From the IMG/VR virus record IMGVR_UViG_3300027733_000094, positions 1 through 41,081 of that record: DNA of 41,081 nucleotides; one strand, given 5' to 3'. The notes under the pieces were generated by a model. The model had not been told where the DNA came from, ran no database searches, and saw only the letters and a program-made list of their open reading frames with translations. Below, piece by piece: positions 31,826-41,081 of this stretch (the first letter of the stretch is position 1; each line of letters begins with the position of its first letter). Origin of the DNA: a virus (Duplodnaviria > Caudoviricetes). Made by a program: the position numbers and the translations under genes.

Positions 31826-33237
31826 TATGGTTTTCTCCTGTATGCTGCAGCGCCAGCAGCAGCGGTTACTGCAGCCTGTCCAGCGATTTGACCTACGATG
31901 ACTGCAGCAACAATGGTCTTCTCGGACTCTGTTCTTTCTTCAGCACTCATATCCGCTCCGATGGAAGCGATTGCTAGGAGTGCTTGTGCTGGGTCAGTAA
32001 AAATTGCAGTAATTAATTCTGCTGGGTTCGCAAGAACCTCTAACGCAGCAGCAATTTCTGCTGTAATAACAACTTCATTTCCATTCTCATCTTGACGAAC
32101 TTCAACTGGTGTCTCAGGTGGTAGGTCAGCATAGGTAAGACCAGCATCTTGAATTGCTTGTGCTGTTACTGGTTCTCCTTGCGCTGCTTCAATAAGCGCG
32201 TCTGCTACTACTGCTCGTTCCTCTGGTGTAGAATCTTCTGTAGCCACAACTGGTGGCTCAGGTTCTACTGCAGGAGGTTCGGGTGCGATATCAATTATTT
32301 GTTCTGGTTGAGGTTCTGGAAGAGGCTCTGGCAAAGGCGGAATCTCTACTGGAGGTTGTTCCTCTAGAGGAGGTTCAACTGGAATTTCGGGTGCAACTTC
32401 TTCAACAGGAGGTGCAGGCGGTTCTTCGACAGGCGCAGGCTCTTCAACAACTGGAGGCTCTTCAACGGGAACAGGTGGTTCAGGAACAGGGTCAGGTGTC
32501 GCAACTGGTACAGGCTGAGGCTCAGGTTGAGGTGCTGGCTGCTGAACAGGTGCGGGAGTTGGTTGAGGTTCCACTACTGGAGGTGGAACGGGCATAGGCA
32601 CTGGCTCAGTAGTTGGTTGCGATGTTACAGTTGACGTATCAGAAAGGACAGTAGATGTCTCTTGATTTACAACAGTTGAAGTCTCTACTGTCTGAGTTGC
32701 AGTCTCGCTTGGAGTCGGAGTCGGAACTGTGGTTGCAGTATTCGTATCTGCTTGAGCAGTCGGAGTTGGACTCGGAGAAGGAGTTGGCGCAGGCGAAGCG
32801 GATGCTGTTGCGCTCTCAGATGGAGTTGGTTGTGGACTCACTGTTGCAGTTGGAGTCTCACTCGCAGATGGTGAAGGAGAAGGAACTGGCTCTGGACTGG
32901 GACTTACAGTAGGCGCTATGCCATTGTAATATCTTCCTGGACCTGAGTAGTTGTCACTTAAATAAGTAGTCCACTCACCACCAAAGCCACCTTCACAAAA
33001 CAATCTTGCTATGTCCCCCTTGCCATTGAAGTAAGAGTTGTCAGCATCCCAACCTGTAGTTGCAGTATGTGTTTCTCCAGCAGGGTTGGCACAAATGATT
33101 GTTACATTTCTAACCATTAACTCTGGTGGTGTTGCAGCAGCAGATGGAATACAAAAGAATGATGTGCCTAATAGTATAAAAAATACTGCGTACTTACTTG
33201 CTTTTGTTCTCACAGAGTAAGAGATAGATTTGGTCAA
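31825..33237 (-). CDS. Exported Pro/Thr/Glu-rich stalk protein with C-terminal hydrophobic anchor
   Basis: Signal peptide-like segment ending SAAA, small two-Cys domain, ~230-aa low-complexity linker, helical C-domain, hydrophobic tail plus RRKP; start may be GTG at 33213. Confidence 0.7.
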   Translation of the reverse strand: MTKSISYSVRTKASKYAVFFILLGTSFFCIPSAAATPPELMVRNVTIICANPAGETHTATTGWDADNSYFNGKGDIARLFCEGGFGGEWTTYLSDNYSGPGRYYNGIAPTVSPSPEPVPSPSPSASETPTATVSPQPTPSESATASASPAPTPSPSPTPTAQADTNTATTVPTPTPSETATQTVETSTVVNQETSTVLSDTSTVTSQPTTEPVPMPVPPPVVEPQPTPAPVQQPAPQPEPQPVPVATPDPVPEPPVPVEEPPVVEEPAPVEEPPAPPVEEVAPEIPVEPPLEEQPPVEIPPLPEPLPEPQPEQIIDIAPEPPAVEPEPPVVATEDSTPEERAVVADALIEAAQGEPVTAQAIQDAGLTYADLPPETPVEVRQDENGNEVVITAEIAAALEVLANPAELITAIFTDPAQALLAIASIGADMSAEERTESEKTIVAAVIVGQIAGQAAVTAAAGAAAYRRKP

Positions 33238-33397
33238 CGCGTTCTTCCAATCGGTTCACTTGGTCTTTCACGGAACCGCCCCCATTTGGTTTTAATTCGT
33301 ACAGGTAATGCTTTACTAGCCATCTGACAAAAGCCGCAAACCCAGCGAGTATTGTCATTATTGCTACGCATAGCGCTGCATAATCTTGCGCTGTCAT
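33194..33397 (-). CDS. Single-TM lysis-cassette membrane protein
   Basis: 67 aa; TM helix followed by ELKPNGGGSVKDQVNRLE. Confidence 0.7.
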   Translation of the reverse strand: MTAQDYAALCVAIMTILAGFAAFVRWLVKHYLYELKPNGGGSVKDQVNRLEERVDQIYLLLCENKSK

Positions 33398-35320
33398 TTA
33401 TACTGTCCTAATCGTTACTTGTATAACTCCACCAAAACCGCTAAAGCGTTTGTCTGGTGGGGTCATACGTGAGAATGAAATCTGTTCGATAACTGCTTGA
33501 CGAGATTCTCCAGTAGTTAAGTCCTGCCAGGTGAGCACGTCACCTTCTTCTTCAATACCTTCTAGGGCTAGAATCTTTTCGAAGGCTTTTCCTTCATAGC
33601 CAATCATTGAGTTGTATCTATCTGTCTCTAAGTCATAGCAGTAGATAGGGAACTGAATAACACGCTGGCGTGGCGTAGCAATGGTTGCCTTAGCCTGATA
33701 GCCCTTGAAGATTGGACCTTGTGATGTTGTTGTTGCATCACGATAGAGAATAAATTTATAGGCTACATACTCTTGGGCTGTAGCGGGAGATGAGGTTCCA
33801 ACTTCAATAGATGGAACTGATGAGTCGTATGAAATGTGGTCATACTCAACACCATCTTTGTCTACGGTTTCAAGGGTCATAGAACCTTTAGTGAAGTCAC
33901 CGCGTCCTAGTAGGCGCTTAAAGTTCTTAGGCTCAAGGGTTCCGTAGCGGATGTTTCCTGTAGTTATAAAACCGCTAGGTGTCAGGTTTGTAGTTGATTG
34001 GATAGCGATACCGTTACTGCCAGATGTAGTAAATGCAATCTGGTCTGTGCTTCCTACAAAGTCCACGCTAGTGGCATATCCTGTAATGCCATCAAGGAAG
34101 GCATCTGTTGCGTAAGCAAAGCGAAGTGGTTCAATTTCATTTGCAAGGTTGATTCGGTATAGACCAACGTACCCATCGATGCTTCCTGTTACCCATACAT
34201 AACTACCTCTGAATGAAAAGTCTGCACCAATATTGTCACCTTCGATAACCAATGGTCCATAATTTAGGTCGCCATTTGTATCAGAGATAGTTGCAACTCG
34301 AACACCCTTGTTAGTACCTATGACTAGGTATCCAAGGTATGACTCAATCTTTGTAACGTACTCACCAATAGGTAACTGTGCAGCGATAATTCCTGATGTA
34401 AGCGTTGGCATTACGCCTGTAGTTGATAGCACAAACTTGTAGATAGCAGATGTAGTGCCAGCATATCCAGCAGCGTAGATAGCAGAGCCACCTTCTGAGA
34501 TAGATGTCCAAATCCACGCAGAGTTTGGATGTGTATAAATTGGAGTTGGCAGCGAAACATAAGTTCCTGCTGCTGCTGACATTTCGTAAATAGAGTTCGT
34601 AATACCAGCAACCAAACGCTGTTTAACCCAAGCAAGGATTGTACGACCACCAGTTGGGTAGTACTCAGTCCAACCAGCAGATGCTGCGTTGAGTGGACCT
34701 TGGTAGATGTGGTCAGAGTCTGCTACAAATAACCGCGTGCCATCAGTGACTACTGAACCGTCAAGTATGTTACCCAAGTTTGTTGGAGCATAGGTTGTAA
34801 CTACTGTGCCATCTGCTTGAAAAGATTTAATTGTTGTCGAGCCAGGGATGTATCCAACCACTACGTTAGTAGAGCCAGAGATTCCCGATATTGTCTTATA
34901 GATACCAGTGGTAACGCCAGACATATTGGCTGTCTCTTTGAGTAAAGTTACTTGCCCCTTTGTCCAGACATCCACACCTCTGCTATCAGCAAAGCGATAG
35001 TGCCCATTCTCATCTGTAGTCGCAGGGTCAAAGAACTTAATACCAGTACCAGAGTGAAAAGATGCTTGGCTTCTAATCCACCAACCAGTCAGAGACTGCT
35101 CGCCAGGCTCAGTACCATTGTCGAACTGGTCCTTACGAAAAGGTGCAGTCTGACGGACATAAGGGCGTGAGTCATTGATTGCGTAAAAGAATGGGAGTCC
35201 ACCTATGGCTACGTCGTAAGACATATCGGTGTTCTGCCAGATTGCTGTAGATGAAACTACACCTACGTCAACTGCGATAGAGCGTTCGGCTCTACCGTCC
35301 GTGATGTCCCGACCCGCCAT
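33398..35320 (-). CDS. Tail nozzle/stabilisation protein (predicted beta-propeller)
   Basis: 640 aa of short beta-strand repeats (e.g. YLVIGTNKGV); size and position typical of podovirus nozzles. Inference. Confidence 0.55.
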   Translation of the reverse strand: MAGRDITDGRAERSIAVDVGVVSSTAIWQNTDMSYDVAIGGLPFFYAINDSRPYVRQTAPFRKDQFDNGTEPGEQSLTGWWIRSQASFHSGTGIKFFDPATTDENGHYRFADSRGVDVWTKGQVTLLKETANMSGVTTGIYKTISGISGSTNVVVGYIPGSTTIKSFQADGTVVTTYAPTNLGNILDGSVVTDGTRLFVADSDHIYQGPLNAASAGWTEYYPTGGRTILAWVKQRLVAGITNSIYEMSAAAGTYVSLPTPIYTHPNSAWIWTSISEGGSAIYAAGYAGTTSAIYKFVLSTTGVMPTLTSGIIAAQLPIGEYVTKIESYLGYLVIGTNKGVRVATISDTNGDLNYGPLVIEGDNIGADFSFRGSYVWVTGSIDGYVGLYRINLANEIEPLRFAYATDAFLDGITGYATSVDFVGSTDQIAFTTSGSNGIAIQSTTNLTPSGFITTGNIRYGTLEPKNFKRLLGRGDFTKGSMTLETVDKDGVEYDHISYDSSVPSIEVGTSSPATAQEYVAYKFILYRDATTTSQGPIFKGYQAKATIATPRQRVIQFPIYCYDLETDRYNSMIGYEGKAFEKILALEGIEEEGDVLTWQDLTTGESRQAVIEQISFSRMTPPDKRFSGFGGVIQVTIRTV

Positions 35321-35770
35321 AGCGTACCTCCAAGGTATTTACTTAAGTGATATAATTAATGTATGAAAGTTTGCACAAACTGCAGTGAACTTAAACCGCT
35401 ATCTGAGTACCATAAAAACAGTAAACGTTCAGGTCAAGTAAAAGAAGACGCTCAATGTAAAGAATGTACATCTAGCCGAAGAAAACAGTACAGACTAAAT
35501 AATAAAGAAAAGATACGCGCTGAAAATAAACGTCGTAATCCTGGATGGGATATAGATAGATATAATCAACAGTTGGAACTTCAGGAGAATTGTTGTGCCA
35601 TCTGTAAGACAAATGACCCAGGACTATCTGACTGGTGTTGTGACCATTGCCACGATAGCGATAGACCTAGAGGATTGCTCTGCGTTAGATGCAACGCTGG
35701 ACTTGGGTACTTCAGAGATAACCCTGAGTACCTTCAGTCAGCAATTGAGTATCTAAATAAATGGCAGGAA
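35321..35770 (+). mobile_element. Free-standing homing-endonuclease-like insertion cassette
   Basis: Flanked by duplicated MAGR starts of the nozzle gene (35771..35782 and 35309..35320); opposite orientation; own promoter. Exact boundaries uncertain. Confidence 0.65.
35348..35356 (+). promoter_or_regulatory. Extended -10 promoter for leaderless endonuclease mRNA
   Basis: TGATATAAT (TGn-TATAAT) with 6 nt between it and ATG 35363; no SD. Confidence 0.7.
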
Positions 35771-35794
35771 GCGACCAGCCACGTTACTCCTTAG
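35363..35794 (+). CDS. Endonuclease VII-type HNH endonuclease
   Basis: N-terminal CTNC...CKEC; CAIC...DHCH...RGLLCVRCNAGLGYFRDN. Confidence 0.88.
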   Translation: MKVCTNCSELKPLSEYHKNSKRSGQVKEDAQCKECTSSRRKQYRLNNKEKIRAENKRRNPGWDIDRYNQQLELQENCCAICKTNDPGLSDWCCDHCHDSDRPRGLLCVRCNAGLGYFRDNPEYLQSAIEYLNKWQEATSHVTP

Positions 35795-35839
35795 ATAGAA
35801 AAATTAGTGGGTAGTTTCTATCCATACCCAGGGAACTTA

Positions 35840-36079
35840 CTAGATAACTAGTGTTGCTGCTTCTGCTTCGGTAAGTGGTGTTCCTGCTACCAACTTAGCC
35901 TTAGCAGATACCTTAAGCGCAGCAAGTGCTTCTGCTGCTGCAGTGCGTTCTGCTTCTGCTGTAGCAAATGCTGCTGCATCTGCTTCACGCTGTGCAATTT
36001 CTTCTGCAGTAAGGTCACGTTCTGTAACAACTCCTGTTTCGCAGTTTACTTCGATTGCCTTTGGTGTTGATTCTGTCAT
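35840..36079 (-). CDS. Tail-associated small protein (possible fibre chaperone)
   Basis: 79 aa; EVNCETG...RDLTAEEIAQ; GGGAG RBS; follows the tail paralogs. Confidence 0.55.
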   Translation of the reverse strand: MTESTPKAIEVNCETGVVTERDLTAEEIAQREADAAAFATAEAERTAAAEALAALKVSAKAKLVAGTPLTEAEAATLVI

Positions 36080-36090
36080 TGTTTTTCTCC

Positions 36091-36612
36091 CTATGAGTTT
36101 TTGATGCCGTAAAGGTATGCTGTTGAGTACTGAGCATAATTTGTTCCATTATCTGTAACTAAAGTAATTCGGTTTATTGCAGATGTATCACTCCACAAAC
36201 CAGAAATTATATGTAAATATGCAGTTGTAGCATTAGTCTCTGCACCGTTATCTGAAGAATAAGATTTGTAATTTGACCCTGCATAATTTGGAACATATAC
36301 AGCACCACTGCTAAAAGTATTAGAAGTTGTCGTTGCTCCAGGTGCTCCGCCAAAATAACCACCCGAACCTGCATAGGCATTAGAACCAGGAAGTGCAGAC
36401 GCTCCATTACCATACATATATTTGTTGGTAAAATTAGCAGTTGAATTATTAAATTTGATTAAGTTATCATTCCAAGTTCCAGCCACTACGGTTCTTAAAG
36501 AAACTTCTAAATATAAATCCGTGTAAGTACTAGGTATACTTGTAAAATCTATACTTGCAGCACCGCCTGCACCAACAGTTGAAGAAGCAATAAGTGTCAT
36601 TGTGTTTGCCAT
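36091..36612 (-). CDS. Tail/receptor-binding paralog 4
   Basis: IDFTSIPSTYTDL...GLWSDTSAINRI...LYGIK, shared with neighbours. Confidence 0.7.
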   Translation of the reverse strand: MANTMTLIASSTVGAGGAASIDFTSIPSTYTDLYLEVSLRTVVAGTWNDNLIKFNNSTANFTNKYMYGNGASALPGSNAYAGSGGYFGGAPGATTTSNTFSSGAVYVPNYAGSNYKSYSSDNGAETNATTAYLHIISGLWSDTSAINRITLVTDNGTNYAQYSTAYLYGIKNS

Positions 36613-36614
36613 AG

Positions 36615-37118
36615 TTATGCGCTCGCAATTCCATAGAGATTAAAGGTAGAACCAGCAGCAAGGTAAGGACCACCGTCTGTAAAAATAGATATGCTAGTTA
36701 TTGCTGCAGTGTTTCTCCATACTCCAACAACAGCGTCAGAGCCTGTGGTTGAATTTGTACGGCAAAGGACTGTTTTATATGTTGTTGTATTGCTGTAATT
36801 TTGAAAATTTATTATATAAGCACCATACTCGCCAGTTCTAACTGAAGCATTGTATTCAGGTGTAATCTTGTTAACATTTGAGGCTTTATAACTATTAGCA
36901 GATGACCCAGTGCTAGTTAAGTATGTTACCGAATAATTAGTTCCTGTATCTCCATTAAATTGAATTCCAAAATCAGCAGAAGTAGTTATTGTTTTTGCTG
37001 ATATAAAAAGAACTAAATCTGTATATGTACCAGAGATTGAAGAAAATGTTATTGTATTAGTTGTTGAACCCGACACAGTATTTGTTGCTATTGGTGTATA
37101 AGTTGAGCCTGCTGCCAT
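36615..37118 (-). CDS. Tail/receptor-binding paralog 3
   Basis: ITFSSISGTYTDL...GVWRNTAAITSI...LYGIA. Confidence 0.7.
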   Translation of the reverse strand: MAAGSTYTPIATNTVSGSTTNTITFSSISGTYTDLVLFISAKTITTSADFGIQFNGDTGTNYSVTYLTSTGSSANSYKASNVNKITPEYNASVRTGEYGAYIINFQNYSNTTTYKTVLCRTNSTTGSDAVVGVWRNTAAITSISIFTDGGPYLAAGSTFNLYGIASA

Positions 37119-37127
37119 TGTCTGTTC

Positions 37128-37940
37128 CTAGCCTTTCACGCCGTATAGGGCAAATGATGAATACTGTGCAAACTGGTCAGTCCCAGGAACAAAAGTAATT
37201 GATGTTACGGCTGCTGGTGTTGCAAACCATAAACCTGACATAAGTTCAATAGATTGGCTTGCTGCACCATTTGTATCATAACCCATAAGTGTTTTTGTAG
37301 TTTTATTTTTTGTTGTTGAAGTATAATCTAAAACATCAATAATGAATCCAGTAAATACGCTTGTAGCCGCTCTTCCATTTCCAAGATACATATAACTATT
37401 TACACCATTAGAAAATGCTCCAGCAGAAGTACCATCTCCATAAAGATGATGGGTAATATAATTACTTGCTGTATCGCCATTATATTGCATACGCAAATTT
37501 GATACACCCACAGTATTTCTATAAATAACTCTAAGTTGAAGATGCTTATATGTGCTAGGAATAGAACTAAAAGTTATTGAAGAAGAACCACCTGACCCTA
37601 CTGTTTGAGTAGCAATAGATTCAAATGCTGAACCAGCAAGTGCAGTAATAGAGTTAGATGCAGAACTGTATTCACTAGAGCCAGTAGCGTTAGTACCACG
37701 CACAGTAAATGTATATGCAGTTCCTGCTGTAAGCCCTGATACTGTAATAGGGCTAGTGCCAGTTCCCGTCACGGAACCAGGATTAGATAATGCGGTAAAT
37801 GTAGTTACAGGTCCACCTACAGTTGCTGCAGTAAATGCCACAGTTGCTAATTCGCCACCAGCAGTAGCAGTACCAACAGTCGGAACTGTAGGAATGTCTA
37901 CAACTTTACCCTTCTTGGGAGATGTTCTATTGATAGCCAT
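37128..37940 (-). CDS. Tail/receptor-binding paralog 2 with N-terminal FN3 domain
   Basis: VSGLTAGTAYTFTVRGTNATG (FN3); ITFSSIPSTYKHL...LYGVK. Confidence 0.75.
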   Translation of the reverse strand: MAINRTSPKKGKVVDIPTVPTVGTATAGGELATVAFTAATVGGPVTTFTALSNPGSVTGTGTSPITVSGLTAGTAYTFTVRGTNATGSSEYSSASNSITALAGSAFESIATQTVGSGGSSSITFSSIPSTYKHLQLRVIYRNTVGVSNLRMQYNGDTASNYITHHLYGDGTSAGAFSNGVNSYMYLGNGRAATSVFTGFIIDVLDYTSTTKNKTTKTLMGYDTNGAASQSIELMSGLWFATPAAVTSITFVPGTDQFAQYSSFALYGVKG

Positions 37941-37942
37941 AG

Positions 37943-38398
37943 TTATGCAGGGATTCCGTAGACAGAAATTGTTCCACCAGTAAATGATGCAGTTCCATTG
38001 TATGGGTAAACAATAATACTTGTAATAGCAACTGGATTTGTATACGCATCATAACCATTGTAAAGGCTATCGCTTACGCTTTCAACTCTATGCGGTACTG
38101 CTTGGTCAACATTATAAATCCTAAAACTAAAAGAGTGAGCAGTGGCAGTGTTTTGTCCAACATAAAAACTGCTGGCTCCACCATCTTGAGACCAAGCATA
38201 AGAACCAACAGCAGTATCATTATTTGGTCTAATTCTAACTGCAGTTGCTGCATTTTTTGTTATGCTATTTCCAACAATCCAGATATGTTTATATCCTGTA
38301 AAACCATTGAATGTCATAGATGTGGTTGATGCAGTCGTACTTGAAATTAACTGCCAAGCCTCATCAAGGTTTGCACCCGATACTGTACCTACAGCCAT
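37943..38398 (-). CDS. Tail/receptor-binding paralog 1 (divergent)
   Basis: MTFNGFTGYKHI...AITSI...VYGIP. Confidence 0.65.
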   Translation of the reverse strand: MAVGTVSGANLDEAWQLISSTTASTTSMTFNGFTGYKHIWIVGNSITKNAATAVRIRPNNDTAVGSYAWSQDGGASSFYVGQNTATAHSFSFRIYNVDQAVPHRVESVSDSLYNGYDAYTNPVAITSIIVYPYNGTASFTGGTISVYGIPA

Positions 38399-38727
38399 TA
38401 TGCAATCTCGCTTCCGTATGCGTTGAATGAAAGGTTTGCGCTAGATGCGTAGACTGTTACTACATCTGTTGTTGCAAGGGTTAGTCCAACTGTAATCATA
38501 GTTGAATCAGAGGCTGGTACTGTTGCACCGTAAACAATGTAATGCTGTGCTGCCAGGGTAGCACCTGCTGGGCGTACTGCAATACGATATGTAGCAGCAG
38601 TAGATGCCTGATTACATACAGAGATAGTAGAAACTACCGTTGCTGTTGCAGAAGGCACTGTATATAGAGTAGTTGCCGTAGTTGCTGCTGGGTTTGACTG
38701 ACCCAACACTTTATAGGTTGTTGCCAT
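38398..38727 (-). CDS. Small beta-rich tail protein
   Basis: 109 aa; TTLYTVP...FNAYGSEI; AAGGAG RBS. Confidence 0.65.
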   Translation of the reverse strand: MATTYKVLGQSNPAATTATTLYTVPSATATVVSTISVCNQASTAATYRIAVRPAGATLAAQHYIVYGATVPASDSTMITVGLTLATTDVVTVYASSANLSFNAYGSEIA

Positions 38728-38747
38728 TTATTTCTCCTTAGTATTGG

Positions 38748-40505
38748 TTAAGCGCCCATTAGCATTAATGGATTGAAAGTTTCGCCTTGTGCGGTTCCTG
38801 ATGAGATGGCAGTAATTCTACCATTTGAATCCACAGTAACTGTGGTAAGTGTATATGTTCCAGCAGATGCTCCAGTAGGAGGTGTCCAAGAAGATACAGT
38901 TCCGTTTGTAGTTAGATACTTGCCTGAGTTGCTTGTCTGAGAAGGAACAACATAGGTTGTTGAATCTGTAGCCACAAGAGTCTTGCTTGATGGAATTGTT
39001 GTTCCGTTGATGGATGTAGCAGTAGCCACACCAAGAACAGGAGTGACAAGCGTTGGGCTTGTATCTACTACAAACTTAGTTCCAGTACCAGTCTGTGAGG
39101 CAATAGATGTTATGTTGCCAACAGATGTGATAGGACCAGTCAGGTTAGATGGAGCAAGGATTACGTTATCAATGTAGTACTTAGTTGCTGCATCCTGTGC
39201 GTTAGTAGGGTCTCCAAGACCTGTAATCTTGTTAGTTCCCATAGCAATAGCACCAGACATAGTGCCACCAGCCAGTGGTAACTTGCCAGCAATGCTGTTA
39301 GTTACAGTGGTTGAGAATGATGCGTCATTACCTAGTGCTGCAGCCAACTCGTTAAGAGTATCAAGAGCAGCAGGAGAAGATGCAATCAGGTCATTGATTT
39401 CTGTCTGTACATAAGCAGTGGTAGCAACCTGTGTTGTATTGGTATTTGCTGCTGCTGTTGGAGCAGTAGGTGTTCCAGTTAGTGCTGGACTAGCCAGCGG
39501 AGCATATGTGCTTGCTGCTGTGGTTGTAGCCAACTTAGCGTCAATCTGAGTCTGAATAGCAGAAGTTACTCCATCTACATAACCAATCTCAGTTGATGAG
39601 ACGGTAGATGATATGCCTAACTTTGTCCAGTCAATTGCAGCAGATGCGTTGATATCTGCATTCACAATTACGTTAGCGCCGATTGCTGCTGTGATGCTGG
39701 CATTGCCAGTTCCATCAAATGATGCAGAAGTACCTGTTACATCGCCTGCAAGGCTGATTGTACGCCCTGTAGCAAGGGCTGTGGCTGTTGCTGCATTACC
39801 AGTAGTAGAACCAGATGAACCAGTTACATTGCCAGTCACATTGCCTGTGACGTTACCAGTTACATTGCCAGTTAATCCACCAGTAAATGTACCTGCAATA
39901 GCACCAGTACCAGTAATAGTTGGGCTAGCAATTGTTGGGCTAGTTCCAAGAACATTGGCTCCTGAGCCAGTTGATGTTGTTACACCAGTTCCGCCGTTGG
40001 CTACTGGAAGAGTTCCAGTTACAGCAGTTGTCAAAGGAATGCCAGTTACATTTGTCATAACACCAGATGCTGGAGTTCCAAGTGCTGGAGTTGTTAGCAC
40101 TGGGCTAGTTAAAGTCTTGTTAGTTAAAGTCTGAGTGTTAGTTGTACCGACCACTGCACCAGTTGCACCGTGTCCTGTAGTTGCCTCAATGTGGGTGTTG
40201 GCTTCACGGTAGTCTCTACCTACAGCCATATGTCGAACTACTGCGCCAGCAGAGTGAGCCTGTCCTGTTGAACCGTCAATGGCACGGGTGATGGTTAGTG
40301 TGTTAGTACTAACCGCCGTGACATCTACAATTTCTTCAAGCGCCGTATCTGGGTCGATGACTACGGTAAAGGTTTCACCAGCAGTGATTGTAGTTCCACC
40401 GAGTAGGGCTGAACCCGATACCACAGTCGCTGATGTACCAGATGAGGTAAGGGCGCCAGTCAGCGTTGTCTGCTGAGAGCGAGATGAATATTTTCTAGTT
40501 GTCAT
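38748..40505 (-). CDS. Tail fibre protein
   Basis: 585 aa, Thr/Gly/Ala-rich; [12 protein letters not shown] x4, [31 protein letters not shown] and [10 protein letters not shown] fibre motifs. Confidence 0.85.
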   Translation of the reverse strand: MTTRKYSSRSQQTTLTGALTSSGTSATVVSGSALLGGTTITAGETFTVVIDPDTALEEIVDVTAVSTNTLTITRAIDGSTGQAHSAGAVVRHMAVGRDYREANTHIEATTGHGATGAVVGTTNTQTLTNKTLTSPVLTTPALGTPASGVMTNVTGIPLTTAVTGTLPVANGGTGVTTSTGSGANVLGTSPTIASPTITGTGAIAGTFTGGLTGNVTGNVTGNVTGNVTGSSGSTTGNAATATALATGRTISLAGDVTGTSASFDGTGNASITAAIGANVIVNADINASAAIDWTKLGISSTVSSTEIGYVDGVTSAIQTQIDAKLATTTAASTYAPLASPALTGTPTAPTAAANTNTTQVATTAYVQTEINDLIASSPAALDTLNELAAALGNDASFSTTVTNSIAGKLPLAGGTMSGAIAMGTNKITGLGDPTNAQDAATKYYIDNVILAPSNLTGPITSVGNITSIASQTGTGTKFVVDTSPTLVTPVLGVATATSINGTTIPSSKTLVATDSTTYVVPSQTSNSGKYLTTNGTVSSWTPPTGASAGTYTLTTVTVDSNGRITAISSGTAQGETFNPLMLMGA

Positions 40506-41081
40506 TGCTGGTCCTTATCGGCGGGAGTAGTGGACTTTAGGTGGATAGTTCTGTTGCTGTGCCTTGGTCTCTTCGTTAAGGCGTTGTGTGTAAAGAGCAT
40601 AGAGTTGCTTAGTCGCACTCTGAGATGCACCGAATGGGCGCTTAGAGTCTGTCTCATCAGCCTGTGGGCTAACCTGTGCAGCACGTGCTGGGTCCAAGAA
40701 TGAGAGCAGGCGATAGGCTGCACCAAGAATCACTACGTCCCGCGTTGATTCTGGCAAGCCTGTTACTGTTGTGTAAACTTCTGAGTTGCTAGTGAAAGGG
40801 CTAGGGTCGGTTGCATAGACAACCTTGACTGTGCGACCAGAGATAGGTGCTTCGCCAAGAGTAACTGTCTGGACAGTATGAGTTCCAGTTGTGTAACCGA
40901 ATGCCTCTGGGTTAGCAGATGAGTCAAAGTCCCAGTGTCGAATTGGAACCCACTCTTTAGATGGTCCAATACTTTGCCAACTGATTGTCAAGATGTTCTT
41001 GATATCTAAGTTAGAGAATGCGTAGGTAGATACCGCAGCGTTGAAGGTAAATGTTGTTGACTTGACTGCAAAGATGTTTGC
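40377..41081. repeat. Right copy of imperfect terminal direct repeat
   Basis: See 1..705. Confidence 0.95.
40515..41081 (-). CDS. Partial second allele of the 311-aa adaptor-like gene (5' part beyond window)
   Basis: Translation nearly identical to the C-terminal part of 139..1074. Confidence 0.85.
   Translation of the reverse strand, partial: ANIFAVKSTTFTFNAAVSTYAFSNLDIKNILTISWQSIGPSKEWVPIRHWDFDSSANPEAFGYTTGTHTVQTVTLGEAPISGRTVKVVYATDPSPFTSNSEVYTTVTGLPESTRDVVILGAAYRLLSFLDPARAAQVSPQADETDSKRPFGASQSATKQLYALYTQRLNEETKAQQQNYPPKVHYSRR

Noticed and set aside
35321-35782. Group I intron carrying the endonuclease
   Set aside because: Almost no sequence outside the ORF for a catalytic core, and the downstream gene has its own RBS and start, so splicing is unnecessary.
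39812-39875. 12-nt tandem repeat as a non-coding element
   Set aside because: Encodes the TGNV x4 fibre repeat, with synonymous variation.
1-41081. Prophage or temperate lifestyle
   Set aside because: No integrase, repressor, partition genes or flanking host genes recognised.

Overview
The window looks like an essentially complete ~40.4-kb genome of a lytic, short-tailed (podovirus-like) phage. A WhiB gene, an actinobacterial-type transglycosylase and a CHAP lysin point to an actinobacterial host. Bases 1..705 are repeated at 40377..41081 but with ~10% substitutions. The minus-strand late arm carries terminase (with a TerS-like N-terminal HTH), portal, a proteasome-beta/HslV-like Ntn protease, three putative internal/ejection proteins (the largest with an embedded R-S-E ADP-ribosyltransferase domain), scaffold, N4-gp56-type major capsid, seven tiny basic proteins and a glycosyltransferase. 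It continues with adaptor, tail fibre, four paralogous tail proteins, nozzle and a lysis cassette. The plus-strand early arm runs from a sigmaA-like promoter through many small genes, including an Ocr-like acidic protein and WhiB. The minus-strand replication arm encodes a split Cas4-like exonuclease, helicase, resolvase, split primase and a sigma factor. I found no DNA polymerase, integrase, tRNA or CRISPR array. The most notable observation is that the first early genes are separated by three copies of a covarying ~44-nt tRNA-like three-way-junction RNA. Each copy is followed by a 5' hairpin plus GACAGGAG leader that copies the leader at the predicted transcription start, suggesting a 'mini-tRNA punctuation' mRNA-processing system. 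Also notable are an antisense EndoVII/HNH cassette that inserted after codon 4 of the nozzle gene and supplied a recoded replacement start, and a predicted pseudoknot leader before the scaffold/capsid genes. All family assignments come from motif reading by eye; no searches were run.
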